Assembly: GCA_965221905.1 (NCBI GenBank)
Contig: OZ244922.1
Span: 1,536,001 to 1,600,000, forward strand
Length of the DNA: 64,000 nt
Reading direction: 5' to 3'
DNA from: Chloroflexota bacterium
GTDB taxonomy: Bacteria > Chloroflexota > UBA11872 > VXOZ01
The translations under genes and the position numbers were made by a program. The notes under the pieces are model-generated. The model did no database searches. It saw nothing but the letters and a program-made list of their open reading frames with translations, and was not told where the DNA came from. Positions 17,858 to 27,676 of this stretch are shown one piece after another. The first letter of the stretch is position 1. Each line of letters begins with the position of its first letter.

Positions 17858-19471
17858 CTATTCGACTTCACTTACCGCGATGTCATCGAACCAGGCGGTA
17901 CCGCTAGTGTCCGGCAGGGCAGAGAGCACGACCCGAAAACAGTAGACATAAGAAGGTAATTCGGGAGTGGTAATGTCCAGTCGCGTCCATTCATGCGTTC
18001 CGGTAAGCGGCTGCGACTGCACGCGGCCGATGAATCCCATGTCGCCGCTCCACTCCAGTGAAACTGCAATCCTGCCGCGCACGTCTTCTGTGCGTACCCA
18101 GGCTTCAAGCGCGTAGCGCTTGCCGGCAACCGCGTCCAGCAGCTTGCCGTCATCCTTGAGCACGCGGCGGATTGCCGGGACAACGGGCTCTCCACCGGAC
18201 TTGTGCCAGCGGATGCTCTGTTCGCCGGTGCGCACCACCGCCGCGTCGCGGGCGTATTGAGTTCGCGGCAACACCCACCGCGCGGCGCCCTCAGCCATGC
18301 CGGCGACCACAGTGCCGGCCGGAGGGAGGTCGGGATACGGTAGTTGCAGGCTGGCGGCAGGCTGAGGAGCGAGCGCGGCTGCCGGTTTGCTCAAGGTCAG
18401 TGTGTCGAACAGGATGCCATCGGAATCTATGGCGCGTACCTGACATTCATCCGGCGCCACCGTCGTCAGCAGAATGTGATTCGTAGACTTGGCCAGCGCG
18501 GAGACGGGATGCCGGTGGTCCCAGAGCTCGCTGGGCGACAGGCTCATGTCGTATCCACCGCCTCCGGAGACAAAATAGACAACGCCATCCTTGCTCGCGT
18601 ATTGCCCACTCCGCAGCGGATGGAACCGTTCGTAGATGGTGGCGTGTGCCGTATATACGATGTCAACCCCATAGCGTTCGAAGAGCGGGCAGAGCACGCG
18701 CGTCGCCGGAATTTCACAGTTGTTCGAGCAGTACGGCGGATGATGGAAGAAGACAAACTTCCAACGGGCGTGCCGGAAGGTGACCAGATCGTTTTCGAGC
18801 CAGTGCCATTGCTCGGAACCCGGCCGGTAGTCCATGTTGCTATTGAGCACCGTAAAGTGCGCAGCGCCGTAGTTGAAGGAGTACCAGAAGTGGGGCTCCG
18901 GGTAATTGAAGTAGCGAAAATACCCCTCGTTGGGTGAATCGTGATTGCCCATCGCCGCGAACCACGGGGTATACGGCAGCAGGTCCGCCGTGCAGGCAAA
19001 GAAATCGCCGTCAAATCGCGCGATCTCGTCTTGGGCGTGGTCGCCCGCGCCTACGCAAATGTCCGTGCGGTACGCGCGGGCAAGGTCCGCGTTGCGCTGA
19101 TGGACATCGTGCTCGCGCATGCTGTCGCCGTAGGTGGCGAACGAGAAGGGAGAGCCATCGCGGACGGCGGTGCGAAAGCTGGCGCCTTCTGATGTAACGG
19201 AGTCTCCGCCAGGTGTGGAAGAAGAAACTCTATAGAAATAGTCCTGTTCGGTCTCCAGCCCCGTGAGGCGAACCGCATGGATTGTCCGCAGCTCATCACT
19301 TTCGATCCGGCACGGGTACGTTGGTTCCGGTCTGCCGACGTAGGCGCTCCAGCCAAGTCTGGCACTCTTCTCGTATTCCACCAGGGACGTGGCAGGTTCG
19401 TCGGTGTGCCACATGACCGTGATGGCGTCCCGCGCGACGTTCTGCAGGTAGGGCCCGGCGGTGATCTGCAT
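17858..19471 (-). CDS. Purple-acid-phosphatase-like metallophosphoesterase with N-terminal FN3-like and C-terminal CBM4/9-like domains
   Basis: GPYLQ..TVMWHT..HAVRLTGL..YFYRV; YGD, AGD, GNHD, FHHPPY; C-terminal LTGTHEWTRL..GTAWFDDI; ATG 19471 follows the upstream stop. Confidence 0.82.
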   Translation of the reverse strand: MQITAGPYLQNVARDAITVMWHTDEPATSLVEYEKSARLGWSAYVGRPEPTYPCRIESDELRTIHAVRLTGLETEQDYFYRVSSSTPGGDSVTSEGASFRTAVRDGSPFSFATYGDSMREHDVHQRNADLARAYRTDICVGAGDHAQDEIARFDGDFFACTADLLPYTPWFAAMGNHDSPNEGYFRYFNYPEPHFWYSFNYGAAHFTVLNSNMDYRPGSEQWHWLENDLVTFRHARWKFVFFHHPPYCSNNCEIPATRVLCPLFERYGVDIVYTAHATIYERFHPLRSGQYASKDGVVYFVSGGGGYDMSLSPSELWDHRHPVSALAKSTNHILLTTVAPDECQVRAIDSDGILFDTLTLSKPAAALAPQPAASLQLPYPDLPPAGTVVAGMAEGAARWVLPRTQYARDAAVVRTGEQSIRWHKSGGEPVVPAIRRVLKDDGKLLDAVAGKRYALEAWVRTEDVRGRIAVSLEWSGDMGFIGRVQSQPLTGTHEWTRLDITTPELPSYVYCFRVVLSALPDTSGTAWFDDIAVSEVE

Positions 19472-19476
19472 GCCCA

Positions 19477-20397
19477 TTACCGCTGATACGACCACACGTC
19501 GTTATAGAGCGTGTCGCCGAAGCCGCCGATCAGCCACAGCTTGTCGCGGTAGGTCAAGCAGACCGGCGCGTGGCGAATGGGCCAGATGGGGTCGCCGACG
19601 GCTTCCACCCAATGCGCGCCGTCTGCGGAGAACCACACGTCGTTGCGGTTGCCGTGGGTGTGGCCCCCGATGATCCACATCTTGTCGTCATACACGGCCG
19701 AAGCGTGGAAGCGCCGCTCCTGCCAGGCCGCGGCCACCGCGACCATCTCCCATGATTTGCCGTCGGTCGTACACCAGACGTCGTTGTGGTTAACAACGGT
19801 GTTATTGGGGTAGTTCGTGTTGTAAACGCCGCCGCCCATGAGCCACATCTTGCCGTCGAAGACCACGGAGGTCTGCATGCTGCGGGCGCTCCACGGCGCA
19901 TGTTCCTCCACCAAGTCCCAGTTCTTGCCGTCGGTCGAGGTCCAAACGTCCTGATAGTGGTGGAACTTGGCGATGTCAAAACCGCCGAACATCCACATTT
20001 TGCCGTCGTATACGACTGCTGAAGCGGCGCTGCGTCGTCCCCACGGCGCGTCCAACGTAGCGGCTTCCCAGTGCTTGCCGTCGGCGGAACACCAAACGTC
20101 GTTGTATGAGACGTGTGGGTTATCCGCTCCGGTGAAAATCCAGATTTTGTCATCGTAGACGAGCGTACAGGGCAGGTTGCGCGCGGCCCATGGAGCGGTG
20201 GGGGTGGCCTCTTCCCAGTTGACGCCGTCGGACGACGACCAGACGTCATTGACGCGCGTGGGGATGAACCCCCCCAGGAACCACATCTTGTCTTGAAAGA
20301 CCGCCCAGCCCATCGAGTCGCGCCGCGTCCATGGGGCTTCGGCTGTCTCTTGATTCCAAGCGATCGCAACCGCTTGGCTTGCAGAATCAGATGGCAT
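19477..20397 (-). CDS. Six-bladed Kelch/Asp-box-like beta-propeller protein
   Basis: Six repeats of consensus APWxxR...VYDGKMWxxGG...NDVWxSxDGxxW. Confidence 0.85.
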   Translation of the reverse strand: MPSDSASQAVAIAWNQETAEAPWTRRDSMGWAVFQDKMWFLGGFIPTRVNDVWSSSDGVNWEEATPTAPWAARNLPCTLVYDDKIWIFTGADNPHVSYNDVWCSADGKHWEAATLDAPWGRRSAASAVVYDGKMWMFGGFDIAKFHHYQDVWTSTDGKNWDLVEEHAPWSARSMQTSVVFDGKMWLMGGGVYNTNYPNNTVVNHNDVWCTTDGKSWEMVAVAAAWQERRFHASAVYDDKMWIIGGHTHGNRNDVWFSADGAHWVEAVGDPIWPIRHAPVCLTYRDKLWLIGGFGDTLYNDVWSYQR

Positions 20398-20528
20398 CGG
20401 TGTCCTCTCTTGTGCGGGCTGCGTGTTCGCACAATCACAATTTCTGCGAATACAATAACAGATTGAAGGAGCTTGCGGTCGCTACAGCGGTTCTCTGCAT
20501 CAAGTTTATGCGTAGGTTGCAGAAATAG

Positions 20529-20560
20529 AGAAGGGGCACGTGAATTCGCGTACCCCTTCT
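20529..20560 (-). terminator. Imperfect palindrome downstream of the SBP gene (terminator or REP-related)
   Basis: AGAAGGGGCACGTGAATTCGCGTACCCCTTCT, followed on the minus strand by a pyrimidine-rich tail. Confidence 0.55.
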
Positions 20561-20625
20561 GGACTTCTCTTTTGCGATTTCCCGTTCACACTAAGGGAAA
20601 TCCTGTAGCGTTTCGCGGGCAAATG

Positions 20626-22008
20626 CTACTGGAGTTCCGGCGGCCGATTGGCGAATACTTCGTTTGCGGCGGCTGCGGACTCGCGCATCGCCTCCTGTAC
20701 GGTAGTCTCGCCGGTGAACATGGCGCCGAACGGACCTCCGGCAGCGCTCCAGAACTCGCCCGCGTCCGGCGTGACCATGTAGTCGCGCCCTTCAATCGAC
20801 CAGTGGTATACTAACGGATCCCAGTTCAGCTTGGGGAACGTCTGGGTATAGACCGGCGCGGATTCGATGAGCGCCGGGAAGGTGGTCAGGGCCCAGAGGT
20901 CTTGCCCCGGCTTGCCAATGAGGACCTTCATGACCTCCCAGGAGGCGTCCTTCACTTTGCTCAACTCCATGATGCTCCAGGCGTTGCCTGCCACGGCATT
21001 AGTGCTGATGCCGGCCGGGCCTTTGGGAATCGGAACAACGCCCAGATTGTCGCCCAGCGCCTTATCCGCATCGCCAACAGTCCAGTAGCCGTACCAATCG
21101 ATGGCCACCTTGCCACTGCCCACAGTGGTGCCGCCGCCCGATGTACGCAGCTCCGTTTTCTCGTCACCCCAAGGCATCACCTGGTGTCTGAGAATCAGGT
21201 CTACTGCAAACTGCACGCCCTCGATCGCCTTGGCGTCCTCGCCATAGAGCGCTTGGTCGCGGGATTCGCTCAACACTTGGCCGCCGTTGTTAAGCATGAA
21301 TGAACCAAGGGCCTCGAGAATCGAGAGGTTCTGAATGTTCAGGCCCCACTGCAGGGTATCCTCGCCTTGGCGCTGTGTCATTTGAGTCGCCAAGTTGAGC
21401 AGGTCATCCCACGTCCAAGCGGCAGTCGGCTCGTCGAGACCGGCGTCGGTAAACAACTGCTTGTTGTAGTAGACGATCTCGCCGCCGGCCTGGAAGGGAA
21501 TGGCATAGAGTTTGTTCTTCCAGAGCCAGGAGGGGATGTCGAGATACTCTTCGCGGGTGACGCCATCACGCGCCATGTACTCGTCGTGAGAAGCGAAGAT
21601 GCCGAATGCGCCGCCCCACTGCACCCAATTGACCTGGTTCACGACGATGTCATAGGTGGTCTGGTTCGCGGCAAACTCGGTCCTAAGTTTGTCCCAGACG
21701 TTGATGCCGGTGGTGACCTCCAACTTGGTGGTTACGTTGTCGATAATTTCGTTGGCCGCGTCTGCCGTGTCTTGCAGGACGGCGTTGCGGACATCGCCCA
21801 AGTTATAGCATGCCCAAATGACTTCTGCGGCTTCCATCTGCTTTGGCGCTTCCTCCGCCTTGGACGCCTCTGCCGAGTCGCCCTCCGGCGCGTCTGCCAT
21901 TTGCTGCGCTGGCACTGCGCCGCAAGCGGCGAGCGCCAGCGCGCCAACTGCTCCTACGGAGCCCATCAGGAGTTGCCGCCGACTCAATCCACATGCTCCG
22001 GTTACCAT
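20626..22008 (-). CDS. Extracellular solute-binding lipoprotein (carbohydrate ABC family 1), Tat signal
   Basis: SRRQLL, LAAC lipobox, KLYAIP..YYNKQLFTDAGL..WTWDDLL; paralog of 16117-17508. Confidence 0.9.
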   Translation of the reverse strand: MVTGACGLSRRQLLMGSVGAVGALALAACGAVPAQQMADAPEGDSAEASKAEEAPKQMEAAEVIWACYNLGDVRNAVLQDTADAANEIIDNVTTKLEVTTGINVWDKLRTEFAANQTTYDIVVNQVNWVQWGGAFGIFASHDEYMARDGVTREEYLDIPSWLWKNKLYAIPFQAGGEIVYYNKQLFTDAGLDEPTAAWTWDDLLNLATQMTQRQGEDTLQWGLNIQNLSILEALGSFMLNNGGQVLSESRDQALYGEDAKAIEGVQFAVDLILRHQVMPWGDEKTELRTSGGGTTVGSGKVAIDWYGYWTVGDADKALGDNLGVVPIPKGPAGISTNAVAGNAWSIMELSKVKDASWEVMKVLIGKPGQDLWALTTFPALIESAPVYTQTFPKLNWDPLVYHWSIEGRDYMVTPDAGEFWSAAGGPFGAMFTGETTVQEAMRESAAAANEVFANRPPELQ

Positions 22009-22049
22009 GGTGTCTTCCTTTCTACGGGTAATAGAGGTTCCCGCGAACT

Positions 22050-22142
22050 TAGGACATCCAAGATTTGGACATCCAGACTATAGGACAGACGTAGGGATTG
22101 ACTTCCCAAATCTCATTATATATTCAGAAACTTCCTTGTCAA
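22050..22142 (-). promoter_or_regulatory. Sigma70-type promoter with tandem downstream operator-like boxes
   Basis: Minus strand TTGACA (22142-22137)-N16-TATAAT (22120-22115); boxes TAGGACATCCAA (22050-22061) and TTGGACATCCAG (22065-22076). Confidence 0.7.
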
Positions 22143-22417
22143 GACATTTAACCGCACAATTGCTTAGGTAATTGGTGTGCGATGCCTCCTCATCGGTTGG
22201 GTCCGGTTCCTGCTCATTTTGAGCAAAGTCCTAGGCATGGGTTCTGTTGGGGTCAGGAACTGTGAATTGCAGGCGTAACGCCCAACGGGAAGCGCAGATT
22301 GCAGGTATTGGCGGAACTTGCTGTGACCGTCTATCGTTATACTGTTATTCGCGGGGCCCCGGCCGAAGAACCTAGCTACCAACTCTTTACATACCTTCGG
22401 ATGAATAGCAAATTACA

Positions 22418-23677
22418 ATGATTGCTTACACACTTCGCGACGAGGAACGTCTCTTTCCCGAAGAAGAGAAGATTGCCGACGACCGGGAAGCATTCGAGCG
22501 GGACCGCGGGCGCATCATTCACAGTGCCGCCTTTCGACGCTTGCAGGGCAAGACTCAGGTCTTTGGCGTGCGTTACGGCGACTTCTTTCGCACGCGGCTC
22601 ACCCATTCGTTGGAGGTAGCGCAGATCGGCAAGGCGCTGGCCTTGCGGTTGGGAGCTGATCCCACCTTAGTTGAAGCAATCTGTCTTGCCCATGATATCG
22701 GCCACCCGCCATTCGGTCACTACGGCGAGCAGGTCTTGCGGACGCGCATGGCAGAGCATGGCAACTTCGAGGCGAACGCCCAGAACCTGCGCGTCCTGAC
22801 GCAGCTAGAGGTCAAGTCGGACCGCTATTCCGGGCTCAATCTCACGCGGAGTGTGCTGGACGGCCTGCTCAAGTATAAGGCGATTCATGGCTCACGGCCC
22901 GGTTTGAGGAAGTCGTGCTATGCCGAGGATGCACCCCTGCTGGAGTGGGTTTGCGAGCACGGCTCGTTGGAGGAGCGCTCGTTCGAGTGCCAAATCATGA
23001 ATTGGGCCGATGACGTAGCGTATTCGGCGCACGACCTCGAAGACGGCATTCACGTCGGCATGATCACCGTGCACCACCTGCGGCGTCCCTCGAACCAGGA
23101 CGCGGTTATCCAGCGAGTGCAGGAAGAAGCGGAAGAACGCGGGCGCTCGTGGTCGGCTGCCGAAGTGGTGCAGGAGTTAGACTGGCTGGCTGCACGCATG
23201 ACCGAGTTGGAAGGCCTGCCGACTCCGCGGCACGTGAGCGCCGCGCTGAAGGACCTTACCTCGCGCTTGATCAACGAGTTCGTGCGCTGTGCCCAGGGTG
23301 CACCTCGGTTGGGTTGGACGGAGGACTCATCGGAACGTTACCGGTACGGCCTTATGGTGCCCGATGCGCAGGAGCGGCGCTGTGAGGTGCTCAAGCAGGT
23401 GGCGTTCGTGTTGGTATTTGCCGAACCCCGGGTGACGACGCTCGCCTATCGCGCGCATCACATGATCGATCGTTTGTTCGAGGTCTTCCAGGCGGAGGAA
23501 AGCGCGGCAATGTTTCCCTTGGAGTTTCAAGACCAGTTCGCTGAAGCGCGAGACGACTCCGCCCGCCGCCGGGTGGCCTGCGACTACGTTGCCACCATGA
23601 CCGACTTTCAGGCTGAACGCACATTCCAACGGCTCTTCGTGCCCGGCTACGAGAGCATTCTCGATCCGCTGGTGTGA
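22418..23677 (+). CDS. dgt: Deoxyguanosinetriphosphate triphosphohydrolase (HD family)
   Basis: RDRGRIIHSAAFRRLQGKTQVF, RTRLTHSLEV, AHDIGHPPFGH, FEANAQ, ADDVAYSAHDLED, DYVATMTD. Confidence 0.95.
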   Translation: MIAYTLRDEERLFPEEEKIADDREAFERDRGRIIHSAAFRRLQGKTQVFGVRYGDFFRTRLTHSLEVAQIGKALALRLGADPTLVEAICLAHDIGHPPFGHYGEQVLRTRMAEHGNFEANAQNLRVLTQLEVKSDRYSGLNLTRSVLDGLLKYKAIHGSRPGLRKSCYAEDAPLLEWVCEHGSLEERSFECQIMNWADDVAYSAHDLEDGIHVGMITVHHLRRPSNQDAVIQRVQEEAEERGRSWSAAEVVQELDWLAARMTELEGLPTPRHVSAALKDLTSRLINEFVRCAQGAPRLGWTEDSSERYRYGLMVPDAQERRCEVLKQVAFVLVFAEPRVTTLAYRAHHMIDRLFEVFQAEESAAMFPLEFQDQFAEARDDSARRRVACDYVATMTDFQAERTFQRLFVPGYESILDPLV

Positions 23678-23746
23678 GCGGTTGTCGGCCAATGGCGACT
23701 TGAAGGGCGTGCGAATCCAATCTCCATTAGTTTGAGGAAACGCGTC

Positions 23747-23818
23747 GGGGCACGACATGTCGTGCCCCAGCTTCTTGCAATTGCGTTTGTCGCTAGGCGG
23801 TTCGCGAACCGCCCCTAC
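23747..23818. repeat. Two REP-like palindromes between convergent genes
   Basis: GGGGCACGACATGTCGTGCCCC (23747-23768) and GGCGGTTCGCGAACCGCC-CCTAC (23796-23818; reads GTAG on the minus strand). Confidence 0.8.
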
Positions 23819-23830
23819 TAAATGCGTGCT

Positions 23831-24919
23831 CTACCAGACTTCGTCCGTCCTGCGCCAGATCATCTGAGGGCGCACGTTCTCAAGGGGTAAGTCGGCAATC
23901 ATGCCGTAATCCTCGCCGTGATAGGCGGCAATGATGGCCTCCATGGACTTCTTCGACTCGACGCCATCGGTGAGCGGCGTCCTATCGTTTACGATGCAGT
24001 CGATGAAGTGCTCGCACTCACCGGCGAAGTTCTTGCGGGCGCTAAAGGCATCCATCAGATCGGCCTTACTTGGGTCATCTTCTACTAGAAGCGTGCCTTC
24101 CTTATTGCCCGCTTGCCAGAGCGTAAGGCGGCGGACGCCGTCGGGATCGTAGCTCAGGATTAGCTCGCCGCCTTCCAGGTAGACCGCGAAACGCAGATGA
24201 CAATCGCTGTGCTTGGTACCCCAGGAAGCTACGTAGTTGCCCAAAGCGCCGCTGGCAAAGCGGTAGATGGAAACCGCCGTATCTTCTCGGCCGAGGGTAT
24301 CCCGGCGGAAGCGGTCGTCGCTTAGGCACGTGGCTTGCACGACGTCGCCCAGGTTCCAGATCATCTGGTCGACGTAGTGACAGCCGTGGCTGAGCAGGCA
24401 TCCCATGGGAAACGTCTTCCACGACTTGCGCCACCCTGCCGGATTTGCCATGTTATCTTCCGTGCGCACTTGGGCCATGTAGGGCTGACCGTACGCGCCG
24501 CCGGTCACCTGCTCGTTGAGTTTCTGCCAGATGGGTAGGAAACGGGTGACGTACGCTACCATTAGCTTGACGTTCTGCTCGTCGGCCATGCGAATCATCG
24601 CGTCGGCGTCTTCGAGGGTAGTCGCCATGACTTTTTCGGTAAGCACGTGCTTGCCGCGACTCATGGCGGCGAGGCTCATCTCGGCATGGAGATGGGGCGG
24701 CGTGCAGATGTCTACGGCGTCAACCTCATCGAGGATCGATAGGTAGTCTGTCGACCATTTTGCGCCGGTGCGCTCCGCTTCGGCTTTGGCTTTTTCTTCG
24801 TCAACGTCAACGCAATAGGCCAACTCACAGGCTTCGCTCATGCGGGCGTAGGCATTGATATGACCGGTGCTAATGCCCCCGCAACCGATGACGGCGATGC
24901 GAATCTTGCTTTCGTTCAT
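23831..24919 (-). CDS. Gfo/Idh/MocA family oxidoreductase
   Basis: IAVIGCGGIS, ICTPPHLH, KHVLTEKVM, HGCHYVD. Confidence 0.92.
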   Translation of the reverse strand: MNESKIRIAVIGCGGISTGHINAYARMSEACELAYCVDVDEEKAKAEAERTGAKWSTDYLSILDEVDAVDICTPPHLHAEMSLAAMSRGKHVLTEKVMATTLEDADAMIRMADEQNVKLMVAYVTRFLPIWQKLNEQVTGGAYGQPYMAQVRTEDNMANPAGWRKSWKTFPMGCLLSHGCHYVDQMIWNLGDVVQATCLSDDRFRRDTLGREDTAVSIYRFASGALGNYVASWGTKHSDCHLRFAVYLEGGELILSYDPDGVRRLTLWQAGNKEGTLLVEDDPSKADLMDAFSARKNFAGECEHFIDCIVNDRTPLTDGVESKKSMEAIIAAYHGEDYGMIADLPLENVRPQMIWRRTDEVW

Positions 24920-25099
24920 GCTTTTGTGCCCCTCTCGTTGTTATCGTTCATCAATACGGTTTCTAACTGCAGTCTTGAACTGCTTCTAGCTTATGCAAGC
25001 GGCGAGTAGGCTGCCGTGCTGCGACACTGACAAGCAAGCGTGCCTATCGGGTCCAGGGCGCGGAAATAGCTCGGCTGCGAACACGCCAATGCACCACGG

Positions 25100-26467
25100 C
25101 TAGAACAGCCGTCCGAGAAGCTCCAACGCGCACTCTTCCATTGCAGGCCCGGTGCCGACCCCGCCCAGGGAGGAGTTTCCGGCCCAGGTCTCGTAACCGC
25201 CATGCTCCGTCAGGGCTTTGTCCGTGCAAACGTAGCCTATATAGCCGTTTGCCAGACTCACAACAAACTGAGGTGAAGCGGGGGAGCGCTCTTTGATGCT
25301 CAAGCCGAACTCGACGAAGATTTCGCCGGGCAATGCCACGATGGAGGCGTCACCGAGCCGCAGGGCTTGCACCGGCGCGCTGTGCTTCAGCGGCATTTGC
25401 GCCAGGCGTTGGCATTCAACTGCGTAGACATCCGAAAGCGGATGCGGCAACGGCTGGCCGACCACCCAGCTAAACGGCCCGGAGTCGTAGTCACTATACG
25501 TGCCCGCGGGTACCGCCAAGATCTTCTCCGCCACGGCGAGATCCTCATCCGTGATGGTCTTGCGAGTGAATTCAAAGGTGTCTACTGCCGCCCCAAGCAC
25601 GAGTTCGTCCTGCATTTCCATCAGTTGAATCTCGGTGATGAGATGGCCGGCAAGCACGTTTGCCATCTTGATGGCTTGCTTGTGGCCGCTGGCGGTCCAT
25701 TTGCGTTTGCCGCTGTAGTCATTGTTGTTAATGTCGCCCGAGGTGCCATTCCAGAGCATACCGACGCATTGCGGGTCGAGGTAGCGTTGTATGAGCCGGT
25801 GGAAGTGCCCAAAGTAATCCGCGGAGATGGAGAGGCCGTTGTCCGTGCCCACGTAATGAAGCACGAAATTAGAGACGGCGGCAATAGCACGACCGTCCGC
25901 TCCTTCGACGTAGAGCATGGTGATTTCGGGGTCGATGGGGTACGTGGGCTTTACGCGGTCGGGATTGTCGACGCCGGGGTTCATGCGCACGGTACCGTCA
26001 CGCATGTGCCAGCGGCGGTTAAACGAGATGCGGTCCTCGTGCGCCGTGGCAAAGCCAATTCGCGCAGTCTGCATGCGATGGGTTGCCGCCTCTACGGCAT
26101 CCGCTATCTTGAGCGGCACCCAGTCGACATACGCCTCGTTCGCATTTGTGCCGAGCAGATCGGCGATCCCGGCCGCGGTGTGGGTATGCGTGGCGTTGAT
26201 CATGACGTTTTCGGGTGGTATCTCACACCGCGCGGCGATGCGCTCCTTTGCCCTGTCCGCGATCCCTTGAGGCAAGGCGATTAGGTCGCACGTGACGAGC
26301 GCAACCCGCATTTCACCGTTGTCAAGAACCAACGCCTTAGCCAGAAGCTCGTCGTCGACGTTTTCGGCATAACGCGTGCGATGGCTTCCAGGAATCTCAA
26401 TGCCTAGCCACGGTGTGATGTTCGACGTGGCAGCACCGGCCTGCAGTGATGTACTCACGTGCGACAC
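25100..26467 (-). CDS. Neutral/alkaline ceramidase-family amidohydrolase (copy 1)
   Basis: ATHTHT, FNRR, ISADYFG, GDIN, LPGEIF, LANGYIGY, GYET; true start may be GTG 26458. Confidence 0.8.
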   Translation of the reverse strand: MSHVSTSLQAGAATSNITPWLGIEIPGSHRTRYAENVDDELLAKALVLDNGEMRVALVTCDLIALPQGIADRAKERIAARCEIPPENVMINATHTHTAAGIADLLGTNANEAYVDWVPLKIADAVEAATHRMQTARIGFATAHEDRISFNRRWHMRDGTVRMNPGVDNPDRVKPTYPIDPEITMLYVEGADGRAIAAVSNFVLHYVGTDNGLSISADYFGHFHRLIQRYLDPQCVGMLWNGTSGDINNNDYSGKRKWTASGHKQAIKMANVLAGHLITEIQLMEMQDELVLGAAVDTFEFTRKTITDEDLAVAEKILAVPAGTYSDYDSGPFSWVVGQPLPHPLSDVYAVECQRLAQMPLKHSAPVQALRLGDASIVALPGEIFVEFGLSIKERSPASPQFVVSLANGYIGYVCTDKALTEHGGYETWAGNSSLGGVGTGPAMEECALELLGRLF

Positions 26468-26765
26468 TCCTTAGTATGCGATCCATGCAAAGTCAGCTAT
26501 TGTAGACGAAAGTATAGCGCACAATGATGTCAAACGGAAATGGACGAGACTTTTGTCTGACGGTCAATCGATTATGAGACTGAAACGGGCGTAAGTTTGG
26601 GAGCCGATTGCCATCCATGCGCGGCGGCAGTGCATAAGGCCGAGACCGTAATTGCAATTGCGTAACGCTGGAAGTCTCCCGGCCCGCCTAGCGTACCATT
26701 GACTACAGGAGCTCCAACGTCTTAAGATAGCTGCAGGCCCTACAGCGTAGTAAGGATTGAAGCCG

Positions 26766-27416
26766 ATGTTGCGATTTGCTGAAGAAATCATGCTGCTGCT
26801 TCTCGACGATGAGAGCGGCGAATTTGCGCACATTCCCGAGTGGTCGCTCCGCTATGCCCTTGCTGGCGCTGTTCTAATGGACATTGCATTGGAGAACAGG
26901 ATCGACACCGATCCAAAACGGCTTACCCTTTTGGATCCCACGCCTATAGGTGACGACCTGCTTGACCCAACCCTGGAGAGCATTGCCCAGTCAACCGAAG
27001 TGCACGACATCTGCCATTGGATCGAACACTCGGCTGAGAGTGCGTATTCGGTTCGCGACAAAGCGATGAAGCGCCTTATCACGCACGGCATTTTGGAGAG
27101 CCGGGACGATCGCTTCCTCTGGGTGTTCCGGTCGCGGCGTTACCCGGTAGTAGACGGCAAGGCCGAGCGCGAAGTGAAGCTGCGGATCATGGAAGTGCTC
27201 TTCAGCGACGTGATCCCCGATCCGCGCGACATCGTCATAATCTGTCTTGCAGACGCGTGCGGCATTTTCCGCACGTTGCTCTCCAAGCAGGAATCGAGTC
27301 AAGCGGCCGGACGCATCGAGCAGGTGCGCAAGTTAGACCTCATCGGCCAGGCGGTCTCCCAGGTGGTTTGGAATATTGAGTCGTCCTTGGCCCTATCCAT
27401 GCACCCCATTGCGTAG
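26766..27416 (+). CDS. GPP34/GOLPH3-family protein
   Basis: FAEEIMLLLLDDESG, LAGAVLMDIALENRI, PTPIGDDLLD, FLWVFRSRRYP. Confidence 0.85.
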   Translation: MLRFAEEIMLLLLDDESGEFAHIPEWSLRYALAGAVLMDIALENRIDTDPKRLTLLDPTPIGDDLLDPTLESIAQSTEVHDICHWIEHSAESAYSVRDKAMKRLITHGILESRDDRFLWVFRSRRYPVVDGKAEREVKLRIMEVLFSDVIPDPRDIVIICLADACGIFRTLLSKQESSQAAGRIEQVRKLDLIGQAVSQVVWNIESSLALSMHPIA

Positions 27417-27676
27417 CCCCCAATTCTCTACCAGCGGCTCTTCGGCGATCGCGCTAGTAATGCTCAGAGCAACGCGCCGCGTGCTTAGGAATGGCAGCTT
27501 TCTTAGAGCAGGTTTGCGCGGAATTGCCTTCGTAGCCGGCACCTGACTGCCTGAGACAAACGCCTCGCCAATCAAGCTCGCAACGCGGATTCTTTCTCGT
27601 TCTCTAACGAGCGAGATAGCGTGCATGGAGCGCTTTCCAAGGTTTGGGCGTTTGACCGTGCTTCTGCGCGGCCCTG

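Noticed and set aside
19554-20438. 294-aa alternative-frame ORF over the propeller gene
   Set aside because: Thr/Arg/Ser-rich off-frame product of GC3 bias; the repeat consensus is in the other frame
22050-22090. Short direct repeats as a CRISPR remnant
   Set aside because: Units are 9-12 bp with about 6-bp gaps and there are no cas genes; better explained as operators
22418-23677. dGTPase as an anti-phage defence gene
   Set aside because: Looks like the ordinary housekeeping Dgt type, with host-like composition and no defence or mobile neighbours
25367-26284. 305-aa plus-strand ORF
   Set aside because: Antisense shadow of the ceramidase-like gene, whose frame is confirmed by its paralog
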